This document shows positions 36,671 through 46,442 of a stretch of DNA of 50,266 nt, piece after piece (within the stretch, counting starts at the first letter, position 1; each line of letters begins with the position of its first letter). The notes beneath the pieces are model-generated. The model was not told the origin of the DNA. It searched no databases and saw only the letters and a list, made by a program, of their open reading frames with translations. Origin of the DNA: a virus (lineage: Duplodnaviria; Caudoviricetes); IMG/VR virus record IMGVR_UViG_3300031626_000004, positions 1 to 50,266 of that record. One strand, given 5' to 3'. The position numbers and the translations under genes were made by a program.

Positions 36671-37582
36671 TTACGCCCCTGGTGAACCGAACACTGTGCG
36701 TGGGTCGCTAAAGCCAAAGCTGTAACGCTCACGAGCTTTGAAGCGCATGTTCCCTGTGTCGAAGTCAGCTTCCATGTTAGTGGAAAGCGGAGTCCGCTCA
36801 AAGTGAACAAAGCCACGAGGCGCGTCGGTCTTGAGGAAGAACGCATCTGGATCAGTGAGGAAGTCGTTGACGGCATAGCCATCAGGCAACATGCCCATTG
36901 AACGGATAGCGTTCGTGTCGTTGTCCGCTGTGCCAACACGAAGGTTGGAAACCATCAAACGCTCTGCAATGAACTGCAGTTGACGTGGGATGACCAACTT
37001 CATGCCGCGCAATGCGACCTTCAAGCCACGTTCGTCAACGAAACCAGCGATGTTGATCAGAGCGTCTTCCAAAGAAGTTTCGTTCAAATCAGCAGCCACT
37101 GCTGGAGTGTTAGCGAAAGTCCCACCGTTTGTAAGCGGGTGAGTAGTGGCGCAAAGAGCGACACCGTCACCGCCAGCAGTTGCGCCGCCTGCGAACGCAT
37201 TGTTCAACACAGACGCAGCTTTAACCTGCTTAGAGTGAGCCATTGAGCGAGCGAGGGCGCGTGTGTAACGACTGCCGAGGCGGTCATACAAGTTGTCCTC
37301 GATTGCTTCCTCAGTGATTGAGAATGCAAGCGCAACGGTTTCGTGGTTGTAACGAGCAGTGTATGCTTCGTTAGCGTCGTCGAAATTGATTGCAGAACCT
37401 TCAGATTTTGTAGGTGCTGCGCCAAATCCGGACAACATGACCTCCTCTTCAAACGCGCGGTCTGAAGATTCGGTGGTGAAGATCTCAGCGTGTTGGTTTT
37501 CGTACCGGGAGTACTCCATACCAAACAGGGCGTTGAGGCCTGGTTCTAGCTCTTTAGCCAGTTGTGCGCGTGAAATAGCCAT
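36671..37582 (-). CDS. major capsid protein
   Basis: MAISRAQLAKELEPGLNALFG...ARERYSFG.SDPR; AAGGAGG RBS; strong terminator downstream. Confidence 0.88.
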   Translation of the reverse strand: MAISRAQLAKELEPGLNALFGMEYSRYENQHAEIFTTESSDRAFEEEVMLSGFGAAPTKSEGSAINFDDANEAYTARYNHETVALAFSITEEAIEDNLYDRLGSRYTRALARSMAHSKQVKAASVLNNAFAGGATAGGDGVALCATTHPLTNGGTFANTPAVAADLNETSLEDALINIAGFVDERGLKVALRGMKLVIPRQLQFIAERLMVSNLRVGTADNDTNAIRSMGMLPDGYAVNDFLTDPDAFFLKTDAPRGFVHFERTPLSTNMEADFDTGNMRFKARERYSFGFSDPRTVFGSPGA

Positions 37583-37595
37583 GTGTTAGACCTCC

Positions 37596-38246
37596 TTAAA
37601 CGCCAGTGGACGAAGGCGTACCAGCTGCAATACCACCATTGGCGGAATTAAAGCTCGTATTCAAACGTACGATTAATGGGATACCAGCGACTGTGAAGTC
37701 AGAATTATCAGGGTCGTCTTGGACGCCAATAACACGCAGCTGAAGAGTGGCAGTGGCAGCAGCGGTGTTCAAGTCTGCGGATGCAGAAGAGATACCAGTG
37801 GTGTCATTGCCCGCAGTGGCGGTTGCCATCCCGATGTTCTTAAAGACCATCGCACGAATTTCCGCTTCAGTGTTCGCTGCTGCAACAACATTAGATGTCG
37901 CAATAGTAAACGTCTGCATTGGATTGTCGTAAACAAAGGCTTTGATCGGGAAGTTTGTATCTACACCAGCAGAAGTTCCCTGCCAAGATGGTGACCAGAT
38001 AGTCTTGCCGTCAGTTGCGCGAACGTATTCGACACCCCAGAACACACCCAAAAACGCTACGTTACCACCAGCAGCAGCTTGCGCTACAGAGATAGTTCCG
38101 CCCGCTATAGGAATGACAGGAGAGCCCTGATACATTTTTGTGTTGTTGTTTGACGCAATACGATACTCGGTAGCACCCGTAGTATTCGCACCTTGCCCAA
38201 CAACGCCGATAGGCCGTAGCCCAAAGGAACCGTTAGAATTTGCCAT
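37596..38246 (-). CDS. capsid-associated structural protein
   Basis: MAN...FGLRP...GVFWGVEY...VYDNP; directly upstream of the MCP gene. Confidence 0.7.
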   Translation of the reverse strand: MANSNGSFGLRPIGVVGQGANTTGATEYRIASNNNTKMYQGSPVIPIAGGTISVAQAAAGGNVAFLGVFWGVEYVRATDGKTIWSPSWQGTSAGVDTNFPIKAFVYDNPMQTFTIATSNVVAAANTEAEIRAMVFKNIGMATATAGNDTTGISSASADLNTAAATATLQLRVIGVQDDPDNSDFTVAGIPLIVRLNTSFNSANGGIAAGTPSSTGV

Positions 38247-38263
38247 AATAGCACCTCATAAGA

Positions 38264-38722
38264 TTAATCGGAGTCTCGTCGTGAGCCTCCAAACGATACG
38301 CGACTTTGCCGACTATTAGTAATCGGCATGGAAGGATGTTGCTCCTTCATAAGGTCCTGATCTACAGCAGTCATTTGTTCGCGGGTTCTGCCCCCGTAAT
38401 ATGCAGTTCGTTCTGCTACTGTCTCGAGCGGGATTCGGCACAGCATCAATCCGCCTTGCCCTATGATACCCTCGTACCGACCATCGTCGATAGTTGGAGC
38501 CTCATAGTCTGGATATTCATCTTTCCGGACAGGTTCCCATCCTTCACGCAGCTTAGAGTTGACATTCATCTTGTCTTCTTCGCCACGCATTGCGATTCGT
38601 ATCCAGCGATGCACAAAGCCATCTGGGGCATTTGGTGCGGCTAGGTGACTGGGCGGTGCCCATGGTTTACGGCGCGTTTCAGTTTCGCGTGATTCGCTTG
38701 CGCGAGGTTTTCTGTCAGTCAT
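38264..38722 (-). CDS. conserved head-module protein
   Basis: WAPPSHL.AP...RWIR...REGWEPV...GGLMLCRIP. Confidence 0.7.
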   Translation of the reverse strand: MTDRKPRASESRETETRRKPWAPPSHLAAPNAPDGFVHRWIRIAMRGEEDKMNVNSKLREGWEPVRKDEYPDYEAPTIDDGRYEGIIGQGGLMLCRIPLETVAERTAYYGGRTREQMTAVDQDLMKEQHPSMPITNSRQSRVSFGGSRRDSD

Positions 38723-38726
38723 ATTC

Positions 38727-39617
38727 TCAATCCTTCACATATTTTGCATATTCTTCAAGCGGGACGTTTAAACGTTTTGCCATCGCAATTTGTGATGGTG
38801 ATAACTTCACCGACCTGCGCCCTGATTTTGCTGTACTGCGGGTAGCTGAAGCGCCAGCAGGTGCGACCTGTGCTCCGCCCGATCTTTTCGCCGCTTGGAA
38901 TTTCTGTGGAAACTCCGTGCGCATGCGTTTGTCAACTTCACTATAGTACTCATCACTCGACGGGTCAAATCCTTCTTCCTCAACCAGTTTGCGATGAATA
39001 CCAAACGAAGCATAAGTCATAACTTCATCTGAACCAAACCACTCGTTTTTATCAGCCCAGTCTTGGGCTCGGGGGTCTGGTTTAGCGGCCTTCTGCTGCG
39101 GGGCAGCGGCAGGCTGTTGTGTTTGTTGTGGAACAGGTTCGGCTTCCTGAACAGACAGACGCTGTTTAGCAACACGAACACGCTCCTGCATAAGAGTCAT
39201 TTGAGACAACTGCTCTTGCGCAGTAAACATTGCTTCGCTGTCACCAGCGTCATATGCCTCACGGTACTGCTGCTTAACAGCCGCAACTTGACTTTTAATG
39301 CGTGATTCTTCCGAGTTGACGTAGCCCTTGTCCAGGTTTTTAACCTGAGTCTTGAGCTTGGTGTTCTCGTCTAGAAGCCGTTGAGCCATGGTAACCGCTT
39401 CTTCGCGGTCCCGTTCCTCTTTACGGTATTTCTCCGTCAGCTTCTTAATCCGGCCTTGGACCTTCTGGCTATAGCTTTCTAGCTCATCAGGCTCCGCCGC
39501 AGATTCCGCTTCAACCCTTTCAGGCTTCGACGGCTTTTCGTCTTCCTCCGTAGAATCGATTTCGACCTCTACGCCTGTGTCCTCGTCGTCAAGGACCTCT
39601 TCATTTTCTTGGGACAT
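38727..39617 (-). CDS. capsid scaffolding protein
   Basis: Acidic N-terminus, coiled coil, W...NEWFG, C-terminal AKRLNVPLEEYAK. Confidence 0.75.
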   Translation of the reverse strand: MSQENEEVLDDEDTGVEVEIDSTEEDEKPSKPERVEAESAAEPDELESYSQKVQGRIKKLTEKYRKEERDREEAVTMAQRLLDENTKLKTQVKNLDKGYVNSEESRIKSQVAAVKQQYREAYDAGDSEAMFTAQEQLSQMTLMQERVRVAKQRLSVQEAEPVPQQTQQPAAAPQQKAAKPDPRAQDWADKNEWFGSDEVMTYASFGIHRKLVEEEGFDPSSDEYYSEVDKRMRTEFPQKFQAAKRSGGAQVAPAGASATRSTAKSGRRSVKLSPSQIAMAKRLNVPLEEYAKYVKD

Positions 39618-39626
39618 AATCTTCTC

Positions 39627-40118
39627 CTAGACGTGCTTGATGTCGTCAGGCTCTAAGAGCGTAGCGATAACCTCGTCATCATTAATGATGCGAACCTCTC
39701 CGCCGTCGATCTTAAAACGTGAACCAGAATACCGACCAATACAAACCCATTGGCCCTCTTTGCACCATGGCGCTGCGTCAACACCGAACTTGCCGGGGTC
39801 TTTGTAGGCCAAAGGTCCTAACTTCAAAACGTAAGCCACAACAGTAGCTACAGCTTCTCTAGCTCGGATTTCGTCAGGGATATGTAGACCCCCCTGCGTT
39901 TTAGTCGTACCTTGGTACGGCATAACCAACAGTCGCCAACCCGTAGGTTGAGGCAGTCGATCCATCAGGGATGTATCTAAAAGTGCGGGATCTAATACTC
40001 GATCCGCAGCGTTAACGTACGCGCTATCTACAGGGGACGACTCAGTTGAACTTTCAACTTTTCGGTCCTTGCTAATTTTCTGCGCTACATGATCAGGAAG
40101 AAATAAGGTCTTCGACAT
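39627..40118 (-). CDS. groES: co-chaperonin GroES-like protein
   Basis: PTGWRLLV...TQGGLHIP...V..GRYSG.RFKIDG.E.RIINDDEVIA. Confidence 0.88.
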   Translation of the reverse strand: MSKTLFLPDHVAQKISKDRKVESSTESSPVDSAYVNAADRVLDPALLDTSLMDRLPQPTGWRLLVMPYQGTTKTQGGLHIPDEIRAREAVATVVAYVLKLGPLAYKDPGKFGVDAAPWCKEGQWVCIGRYSGSRFKIDGGEVRIINDDEVIATLLEPDDIKHV

Positions 40119-40305
40119 CTTCAGCGTGGTTCTCCAGCAGGGCTTTAATTTCCTCACGAGCGTAGGTCAGGCCCCGTATCTCACCCACCATGAGCTTATA
40201 ACTCTCCCAGTCTTTGGCAGCGTCATGTGCGAGAGCACTTGCAATATCTTGTTCGCGCTCTCGTAGTAGCTTATACATGTATGTCGCAAAGTCTACAAGG
40301 TCCAT
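40093..40305 (-). CDS. small conserved helical protein upstream of groES
   Basis: DWESYKLMVGEIRGL pattern; TAATG coupling. Confidence 0.75.
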   Translation of the reverse strand: MDLVDFATYMYKLLREREQDIASALAHDAAKDWESYKLMVGEIRGLTYAREEIKALLENHAEDVEDLISS

Positions 40306-40682
40306 TAAAGAATATCCCTTTCTGAACCTTCAGCCATGGCCGTGATAGGCCCGCCCTTTACCCATTCATTACAAACGTAGTCAGCAGAACACATGAATTT
40401 GTAGATCTGGCAGTAGCCAAGATCGCCAGACTCATCACCGATGCAGTCCATCATGTCTTCCGTTTGGTTGTATGCACCACAGTTGCCGCAGACTTCAGAG
40501 AGCTTGAACCCACCGTCCTCTGTAGCATCGTGGTAGTTCGCCTCGTCCTGCGCATACATCTTGTTAACGTCGTTAACTTCTTCGTCCTGCGTGGCTATCG
40601 GGCAGCTAGAGCCGTTGTCATCCCCGTCCATCTTATCGACAGGGATGCCATCAGGCATTATGCTGATCATAATCGTAGGCAT
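40305..40682 (-). CDS. Cys-rich acidic protein (possible Fe-S or Zn binding)
   Basis: CP...CGNC...C...GYC...C...CNEW. Confidence 0.7.
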   Translation of the reverse strand: MPTIMISIMPDGIPVDKMDGDDNGSSCPIATQDEEVNDVNKMYAQDEANYHDATEDGGFKLSEVCGNCGAYNQTEDMMDCIGDESGDLGYCQIYKFMCSADYVCNEWVKGGPITAMAEGSERDIL

Positions 40683-41122
40683 TAGTAAGTCTTCCCACGG
40701 TTCGGGTTGTCACGGACATCGCCCACACGAACTACGCCGCCGCCCATGTAACCTCTTTTTACCATGCCGCCGCCCATGTACTTGTCGGTAGGACTACCTT
40801 CTGTAACACGGCGTAGGGCTTCTGAGTTGCCCCTGCTAACTGCTGCGTCTTCCGCAATGGAGTCGGGCCGTTTTTGGGGACGTGTGGGCTTTTCTCGCAT
40901 TTTAGGGCGCTTTGAAGTTGAAGGTGCGGACGTTGGGTACTCAGGCTTCGAGACAGAGATTGGAGCAGACCTTGCTCGGTCGGAACCCTCTGAGGCCCTA
41001 AACTCTTCGAAGGGGATCGGCGCTCGCTCTAACATCGCAGATTCCCTGGCGGCGTTCCTGTCCTCTTTAGCTTTTTTTCTTGCGATAAAATCTGCAAGTT
41101 CTTTGCCTGTTTTTTCGGCCAT
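40682..41122 (-). CDS. hypothetical late protein
   Basis: ATG at 41122 with AGGAG RBS; YMGGGxV twice. Confidence 0.7.
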   Translation of the reverse strand: MAEKTGKELADFIARKKAKEDRNAARESAMLERAPIPFEEFRASEGSDRARSAPISVSKPEYPTSAPSTSKRPKMREKPTRPQKRPDSIAEDAAVSRGNSEALRRVTEGSPTDKYMGGGMVKRGYMGGGVVRVGDVRDNPNRGKTY

Positions 41123-41132
41123 TGTATTTCTC

Positions 41133-41588
41133 CTAAACCATAAGTTCAAAGTGGGGGCCATCGATAAACGGACGGCGGTTCTGTGAGCGGCGCTCATCAA
41201 TGTAACTGTTCATGGCATCTTCCATGGTGCCACCGTGGAACTGAGCTATGTTTGACACTGTCCATGCTGCGCCCCAACGGATCGGAACGTCAACTTCACG
41301 AGCAGCCTCGGCCATAGCGTCAGCAATCTCGTCATACAAATTCAACTCCCAAGACCCCCTTGAACCAATATATGCCATTAAATCAACGGCATAACCGTCA
41401 AGGTGCTTGGACTTCATAGTCTGAGACGCGCCCTTCTCAACCAAGGCACGTTGCTCTTCCAGCGTTCTCATGCCGCAGATCACGCCGAAATCAATTTTGC
41501 TGCGGTGGATGGCAGAGTTAACAACCGCAATCAGGCGCTCGTCTAAGCCTTCCAACCGATCAAGGCTGCGCTGTGATAACTTATACAT
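41133..41588 (-). CDS. endolysin, M15 L-Ala-D-Glu peptidase
   Basis: G.RT.EEQ...SQTMKSKHLDGYAVDL...IRWG..W...DGPHFEL. Confidence 0.9.
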   Translation of the reverse strand: MYKLSQRSLDRLEGLDERLIAVVNSAIHRSKIDFGVICGMRTLEEQRALVEKGASQTMKSKHLDGYAVDLMAYIGSRGSWELNLYDEIADAMAEAAREVDVPIRWGAAWTVSNIAQFHGGTMEDAMNSYIDERRSQNRRPFIDGPHFELMV

Positions 41589-41592
41589 ATTA

Positions 41593-41760
41593 TTATCCCT
41601 TCGCTATTTTTTTAGCGGTGGCCGACAACCCGCTCATGTGAACAAGGTTTCGGCTACTCGCCGTGTGCTTTGCACCCGACATAAGTTTACCACCCGTTTT
41701 GTGAGTAGCACCTTTATGTTCCTTGCCATCACGGAAATAGTGCTTCATATTTTTAGCCAT
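41593..41760 (-). CDS. 55-aa His/Lys-rich protein (not in ORF track)
   Basis: MAKNMKHYFRDGKEHKGATHKTGGKLMSGAKHTASSRNLVHMSGLSATAKKIAKG; AAGGA RBS; fills the gap. Confidence 0.7.
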   Translation of the reverse strand: MAKNMKHYFRDGKEHKGATHKTGGKLMSGAKHTASSRNLVHMSGLSATAKKIAKG

Positions 41761-41765
41761 TTTAT

Positions 41766-42221
41766 TTATCCTTTTTTAAGATACTTTGAAACGGCCCTGT
41801 TACCAAACCAAAAACTCATGATAGCAGCGAAAAGTCCAGAAGTTTCAGCGGTCCACATCAGCGTAACGGCTGAAGCCCAGTCCCCACCTTCGTTCATAAC
41901 CTTAACCATGATTACGACTTGTACGGCAACGAATAGGCCAAAAAAAGCATAAGTGATGACAGGCCTGACAGACCCCCTAAGTGCGTTAACAAACCCTCCA
42001 GCATCGATACTGTCATGCTTATACAGCCCCTCTGTCTCTTTGATGTCTGCCTGCTTGTCTAGCAAACTCAACTGAAGCTCAGAGCGTTTGCTCATGAGTT
42101 CCATTTCGAGCTTCATGCTCTCCATCTTCTGTTTGTGTTCTTGCCCTGCCTTAAAGAAGTTTAAAACTTCAGGCAGAAACGAACTACCAAAGCCCAGAAG
42201 GCTACCTAATAATGTCATCAT
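41766..42221 (-). CDS. holin-like membrane protein (3TM family)
   Basis: SVRPVITY, transmembrane helices, FWFGNR. Confidence 0.75.
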   Translation of the reverse strand: MMTLLGSLLGFGSSFLPEVLNFFKAGQEHKQKMESMKLEMELMSKRSELQLSLLDKQADIKETEGLYKHDSIDAGGFVNALRGSVRPVITYAFFGLFVAVQVVIMVKVMNEGGDWASAVTLMWTAETSGLFAAIMSFWFGNRAVSKYLKKG

Positions 42222-42532
42222 CTCTTTGATTCCATTGCGTTAAACCCAAAGAACGCTCCGACCAATGCACTTACACTGACGAAGTACACCCCCGCGATAG
42301 ACGTAAGTGAAGCAGTCGCCTCGCTCAACCCTATCGCTGACGTAATTACGATAGAGGCAGGGTACAGCAACATGCCGCTCAACGCAAACCAAACCATTTT
42401 ACGTTGCTGATCCCGCTTGGCGTCCTCGTCGTCAAGCCTGCGCTTGCGATCCTCTAAAGCCAGATCGTCCCACTCTTGCTTATCTACAGCGCCACTACCG
42501 TCAGCGTCAGCTTTTTCAAACTCCGTCATCAT
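42218..42532 (-). CDS. two-TM protein with N-terminal EF-hand loop
   Basis: DADGSGAVDKQE, then two hydrophobic helices; ATGA overlaps on both sides. Confidence 0.7.
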   Translation of the reverse strand: MMTEFEKADADGSGAVDKQEWDDLALEDRKRRLDDEDAKRDQQRKMVWFALSGMLLYPASIVITSAIGLSEATASLTSIAGVYFVSVSALVGAFFGFNAMESKR

Positions 42533-42678
42533 TCTTCCTTCAAACAAAACTGGCAGAAGTCGCCCCGCGAGGGGCTTCCGCAACTAACACACTTTAAGAG
42601 ATTATTTGCTTTAGCACGTTCTACTGCCCTTTTCCGCTCATCGGGAGCCATAGGTCGTATATACATCCGGTCAGGCAT
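42529..42678 (-). CDS. 49-aa C4 zinc-finger protein (not in ORF track)
   Basis: MPDRMYIRPM...CVSCGSPSRGDFCQFCLKEE; AAGGAG upstream. Confidence 0.65.
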   Translation of the reverse strand: MPDRMYIRPMAPDERKRAVERAKANNLLKCVSCGSPSRGDFCQFCLKEE

Positions 42679-42793
42679 CTTCCAAACTCCTTGCGTAAGC
42701 AACCGCGTGGTTCTTGTTGCGCGTTATTATAACAACTTTTCCATGTTTGTCATATACAACGTAATCTCCACGTTTATTCCGGTATAACCTCAA
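42671..42793 (-). CDS. 40-aa protein (not in ORF track)
   Basis: TTG start; RLYRNKRGDYVVYDKHGKVVIITRNKNHAVAYARSLEDA; overlaps both neighbours. Confidence 0.55.
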   Translation of the reverse strand: MRLYRNKRGDYVVYDKHGKVVIITRNKNHAVAYARSLEDA

Positions 42794-42938
42794 AGCAATA
42801 CACCACCGTTGTGCTGTTAGTTATCAACACTTTGGCATCCTTCAGCGCCTCGTTGCATTCCTGTTCAGTGGATAACTGAGCAAGCTGATAATACTCCAGC
42901 TTATTATTTGTGAACATAAACCAAACCAAAAAAAACAT
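42774..42938 (-). CDS. 54-aa protein with hydrophobic N-terminus and 2 Cys (not in ORF track)
   Basis: MFFLVWFMF...EC...YCFEVIPE; TGATG coupling. Confidence 0.65.
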   Translation of the reverse strand: MFFLVWFMFTNNKLEYYQLAQLSTEQECNEALKDAKVLITNSTTVVYCFEVIPE

Positions 42939-43075
42939 CACAAACCTACCTTGATCCTGCCGTCTTTCAGCAAACTAAGTATATCCTCAAAAGTCCTTCC
43001 AGACATTTTGGCTAGACCCTCAATAACCACATTCACGTTCTGGTCAAAGATATATATGATCTCTTTGTCTTTCAT
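42938..43075 (-). CDS. 45-aa paralog of the early mini-HTH protein (not in ORF track)
   Basis: MKDKEIIYIFDQNVNVVIEGLAKMSGRTFEDILSLLKDGRIKVGL; TGATG coupling at both ends. Confidence 0.7.
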   Translation of the reverse strand: MKDKEIIYIFDQNVNVVIEGLAKMSGRTFEDILSLLKDGRIKVGL

Positions 43076-43548
43076 CACCACTTCCCCTGTTGCTTACCCG
43101 CAAAGTACAGAACAAGCACCAAACCAGCTACGCCCGAAAGGCCAATCAAAATTCCAACTGTCCAGTCAATGACTGCGCGTTTAAACTCTTCCTTGCGGTA
43201 AAGCTCCTCTTTGCGCTGCTTTCGCATCTGTGCCTCAATGTGCAGCACTTCTTCCCAAGCGGATGGCCCGTAAGTCCATGAAATATAACTCTTTATTTCG
43301 TTCCGCATTTCGGACATTTTCTTTTTTTGTGCAAATATTTCGATGGCCGTTTCGGTGTTCGACCCCTTGAAAGAATACCACGGAGGATTCTTGGCTTGGT
43401 CCTCCGCAAAGCCAAAATCAGAAAAAGCCTTGCCCCAAGTGGACAACTGACCTGTCATGTCTTGGAGTTCGCGGCCAACGGCAATGCCTTGTTTTATTGC
43501 TTTATATGCGCCTGTGGCTAAACTTACAGCCGTAATGGGGTCAATCAT
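43075..43548 (-). CDS. membrane-anchored coiled-coil protein
   Basis: MIDPITA start; C-terminal transmembrane helix. Confidence 0.75.
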   Translation of the reverse strand: MIDPITAVSLATGAYKAIKQGIAVGRELQDMTGQLSTWGKAFSDFGFAEDQAKNPPWYSFKGSNTETAIEIFAQKKKMSEMRNEIKSYISWTYGPSAWEEVLHIEAQMRKQRKEELYRKEEFKRAVIDWTVGILIGLSGVAGLVLVLYFAGKQQGKW

Positions 43549-43724
43549 GTCAGTACAAACCTTTCCGGGCAAACGTACACAGGACTAACCCTGTACACGC
43601 GGTCATACCAACTGCCGTTCTTATTAGATCCGCAGTCGTAATAACAATATTGGAAAAGCTGGTTGCCCCCACGCCCGTTTAAAAAGGCGTGGTTAAACCC
43701 AACGAACACAAGCACACAGAGCAC
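43545..43724 (-). CDS. 59-aa Cys-containing protein (not in ORF track)
   Basis: GTG start overlapping the upstream TAG; LCVLV...CYYDCG...VCP; ATGA overlap downstream. Confidence 0.6.
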   Translation of the reverse strand: MLCVLVFVGFNHAFLNGRGGNQLFQYCYYDCGSNKNGSWYDRVYRVSPVYVCPERFVLT

Positions 43725-43921
43725 TAGAACAGTCCGAGAAACCTCTGAGGCCGTGCTATCGGGCTGAACCGCCTATTAACCATACCGCCAGAGGAATACT
43801 TACTTTTCCCAGCTTTGCTTAAAGCAATAGCCACCGCTTGATCTTGCGGTTTTCCAGCAGCCATTTCGGTCTTGATGTTCTGGCTGATTACATCTTTGGC
43901 ACTACCTGTTTTGAGAGGCAT
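43724..43921 (-). CDS. small basic late protein
   Basis: MPLKTG...[22 protein letters not shown]. Confidence 0.75.
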   Translation of the reverse strand: MPLKTGSAKDVISQNIKTEMAAGKPQDQAVAIALSKAGKSKYSSGGMVNRRFSPIARPQRFLGLF

Positions 43922-46442
43922 TCCGTTGCTCCATCGCTTGGCGCTGTACGTCAATCCGTTCCCGGTTCACATCACTGCGCTCGTCCGCAATCTGCTCCTG
44001 AAGCTCCAGTCTAGCAGAGTCAGTCGTAGCCTGCTGCTGTAGCTTCATCTGGTCAAGCTGTAACTTAGCCTGATCCATCTGAGATTTCTGCTCCGCTTCC
44101 ATCTGCTTGATGGCAAGCTCTTGCATACGAATCGTAACCAAAGGATCCTGCTCTTCTCCGCCTTCACCTTTGTTCGTCAGCATCGGCATAACCTGCTGCA
44201 GAAGCTCAGTCTCAAGCTGCGCAACGCGAGCCTCGATCTGATCAGGTGGCATCTGCCCCTGTTGTTGCCCCTGCATCTGCATCTGCTGTATCTGCTGTTG
44301 GGCAATCTCAGGGCGGATAGCCCCCGTTTGAGCAAGGGCCTGCATCTGAGCCATGCCCTGCTCCATCTGCTGCTGTTGCTGCATCTGCATCTGTTCAATC
44401 TCTTGCTGAACCATGGTCCGAGCCTTCATGTGAACGTGCTGCAGAACGTGGCTGAACAATGCCGCCAACACAGGCGGCGTTTGCTGCAGTATGTTTAACT
44501 CAAGTAACGAAACGTGCGCATTTATGTGCGCATCGTGATCCTGCTGTGGGAACGCCTGCGGTGTCTGACCGCCAAGCATAGCCGCGTTCTCCGACGCCGG
44601 GTCTTGCGGTTGAGGCTGTGGCTCCGGCGGCAAGATCTCGTCAATGTTCTGCACCTCTAATGCCTGATACATCCGACGATACGCTGCATGTAGGTTATGC
44701 ATCTGCGGGTTAGACTGAGCCAACTGCAACTGCGTCTGGGCCAGGGTAACACGCTGCGACATCGAGAAGATGTTCGGGTCAGAGACGGGGAGGACATCTA
44801 CCCGAGCATCAAAGTCTTCGACCTTAACCTGTGCAGGAGCCCCTGCCACCTCATACGGATACATAGGAGGTAGGTTTTCGGCGAAGATACGCGCAAGCAA
44901 ACGAAACTCCGTCTTCTGCGCGTAGTGCATCCGTTTGTGAATCGCAGACATGACCTTCATGCCACGCTCCAACATCGCAACAGTCGTGCCAACAGGAGTC
45001 TCACTGCCCATGTCCGCCATCTGCTGATCAGCCAAAGCAACGAACCTACGTCCGTCGTTCACCAGACCGCCTAGCATTGACGCAAGGGCCGCGGACGGCT
45101 CCTTGTACGGCAAAGGCACAATAGCGTCTCTAATGCTGCCTCCGGGCGCGTCAATGTCTCTCCACTCTCCGGGCTGCAACGGCTCATCGGAGTTGCGTAC
45201 ACGCACTCCACGGGCCTTAAATCCAGCAGGGAGGTTGGCTAGAGTACCAGCGTCGATCAACTGGCGTAGCAAGCTCGTAGCCGCGCGGCCCAATCCACCA
45301 ATCATGTGGATCAAACCAAAGCCGTAAAACCCCAGACCAGGCATAAACTTGTAATGCACAAAGTACTGGCGCTTGCGCTTCAGAATATCTTCCTCGTCGT
45401 AGTTCCGGCGAATAGCCAAAACCTGACCAGACGAATGGTCCAAGGTCACAATGTACGGCAGGTTAATGCCCGTAGGCTCACCCGTTGCCGGATCAATGTC
45501 CTCGAAACCCTCAATGTCCAAAGTGGCGTGGAACTCCAAGATCGTCAGCACATCTTCGCTGTAGTTCTTGGATAAGCCCTCAAGCTCGTTAACCTTCTGG
45601 CGAACGGGGTTCTCTTCAATGTCTTCCGACGCCTTCAGATCAACATCACGGTAAATACCCGCGTACTGCATCTTGGCAACTTCGTTATCGTCCATACGCA
45701 AAACATGCGTAACGCGGCTTGCCGTCTGCAAATCACTGGCAGAATAAGGTACAACCAAGTCCTGCGCAGGAATAAACTTAGATACAGCCCGCTGCTTCGT
45801 AGGATCAAAGTATACTTTCTTGAACGTAGAACCAGACAGCGGTAAATAAAACAACATCTGATCCATGTCCGGATCGTACTCTTCCATCACTTCCGTGATC
45901 TGGTAGTTCATAAAGTCCTTGACACGAGTAGCCTGCTCCTCGCGGGCGAGATCCTTCAAACCAAGAACACTCGTGCGAACAGGGCCTCCAGCAGGAAGCA
46001 ACTCTTTATAGGCCTGGGCCTGAAACTGAGTTACACTCTCCGCAACCAACGGATGCGTAATCCCCGACGCGCCCTCAAACGGTGTAGAACGGTCCTCGGT
46101 CTTAATGCCCAACAGGTCCAGCCCGTTGACGTAAGACGTCTCCCACTCTGACCGTGACTCAAGGTCCTCTTCATACATACTGCGGAGCTCACTAGAAAGC
46201 TCCCCCAGCGTAGAATCCTCCAAGAACTCAGCCAAGTTGGCGTCGAACGGAATTAATTCAGCTTGGTCCATCTCGTCAGCCATGCCTATGGCCTGAACAA
46301 TCGCCCCGCCCTCTCCGTCGTCTATAACTTCTGCTCCACCCTCGAACATCTCAGGTGAAGAAATCTCCATCTCTAGATCCGGAAGGCCTGCGGTGTCGTC
46401 TAGGTTTAACCCCGGTGCGACCATGTTTGGTGGTAGAGCCAT
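43902..46442 (-). CDS. portal protein
   Basis: FDANLAE, PFEGASG..HP...[28 protein letters not shown]; Q-rich C-terminal extension. Confidence 0.9.
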   Translation of the reverse strand: MALPPNMVAPGLNLDDTAGLPDLEMEISSPEMFEGGAEVIDDGEGGAIVQAIGMADEMDQAELIPFDANLAEFLEDSTLGELSSELRSMYEEDLESRSEWETSYVNGLDLLGIKTEDRSTPFEGASGITHPLVAESVTQFQAQAYKELLPAGGPVRTSVLGLKDLAREEQATRVKDFMNYQITEVMEEYDPDMDQMLFYLPLSGSTFKKVYFDPTKQRAVSKFIPAQDLVVPYSASDLQTASRVTHVLRMDDNEVAKMQYAGIYRDVDLKASEDIEENPVRQKVNELEGLSKNYSEDVLTILEFHATLDIEGFEDIDPATGEPTGINLPYIVTLDHSSGQVLAIRRNYDEEDILKRKRQYFVHYKFMPGLGFYGFGLIHMIGGLGRAATSLLRQLIDAGTLANLPAGFKARGVRVRNSDEPLQPGEWRDIDAPGGSIRDAIVPLPYKEPSAALASMLGGLVNDGRRFVALADQQMADMGSETPVGTTVAMLERGMKVMSAIHKRMHYAQKTEFRLLARIFAENLPPMYPYEVAGAPAQVKVEDFDARVDVLPVSDPNIFSMSQRVTLAQTQLQLAQSNPQMHNLHAAYRRMYQALEVQNIDEILPPEPQPQPQDPASENAAMLGGQTPQAFPQQDHDAHINAHVSLLELNILQQTPPVLAALFSHVLQHVHMKARTMVQQEIEQMQMQQQQQMEQGMAQMQALAQTGAIRPEIAQQQIQQMQMQGQQQGQMPPDQIEARVAQLETELLQQVMPMLTNKGEGGEEQDPLVTIRMQELAIKQMEAEQKSQMDQAKLQLDQMKLQQQATTDSARLELQEQIADERSDVNRERIDVQRQAMEQRNASQNR

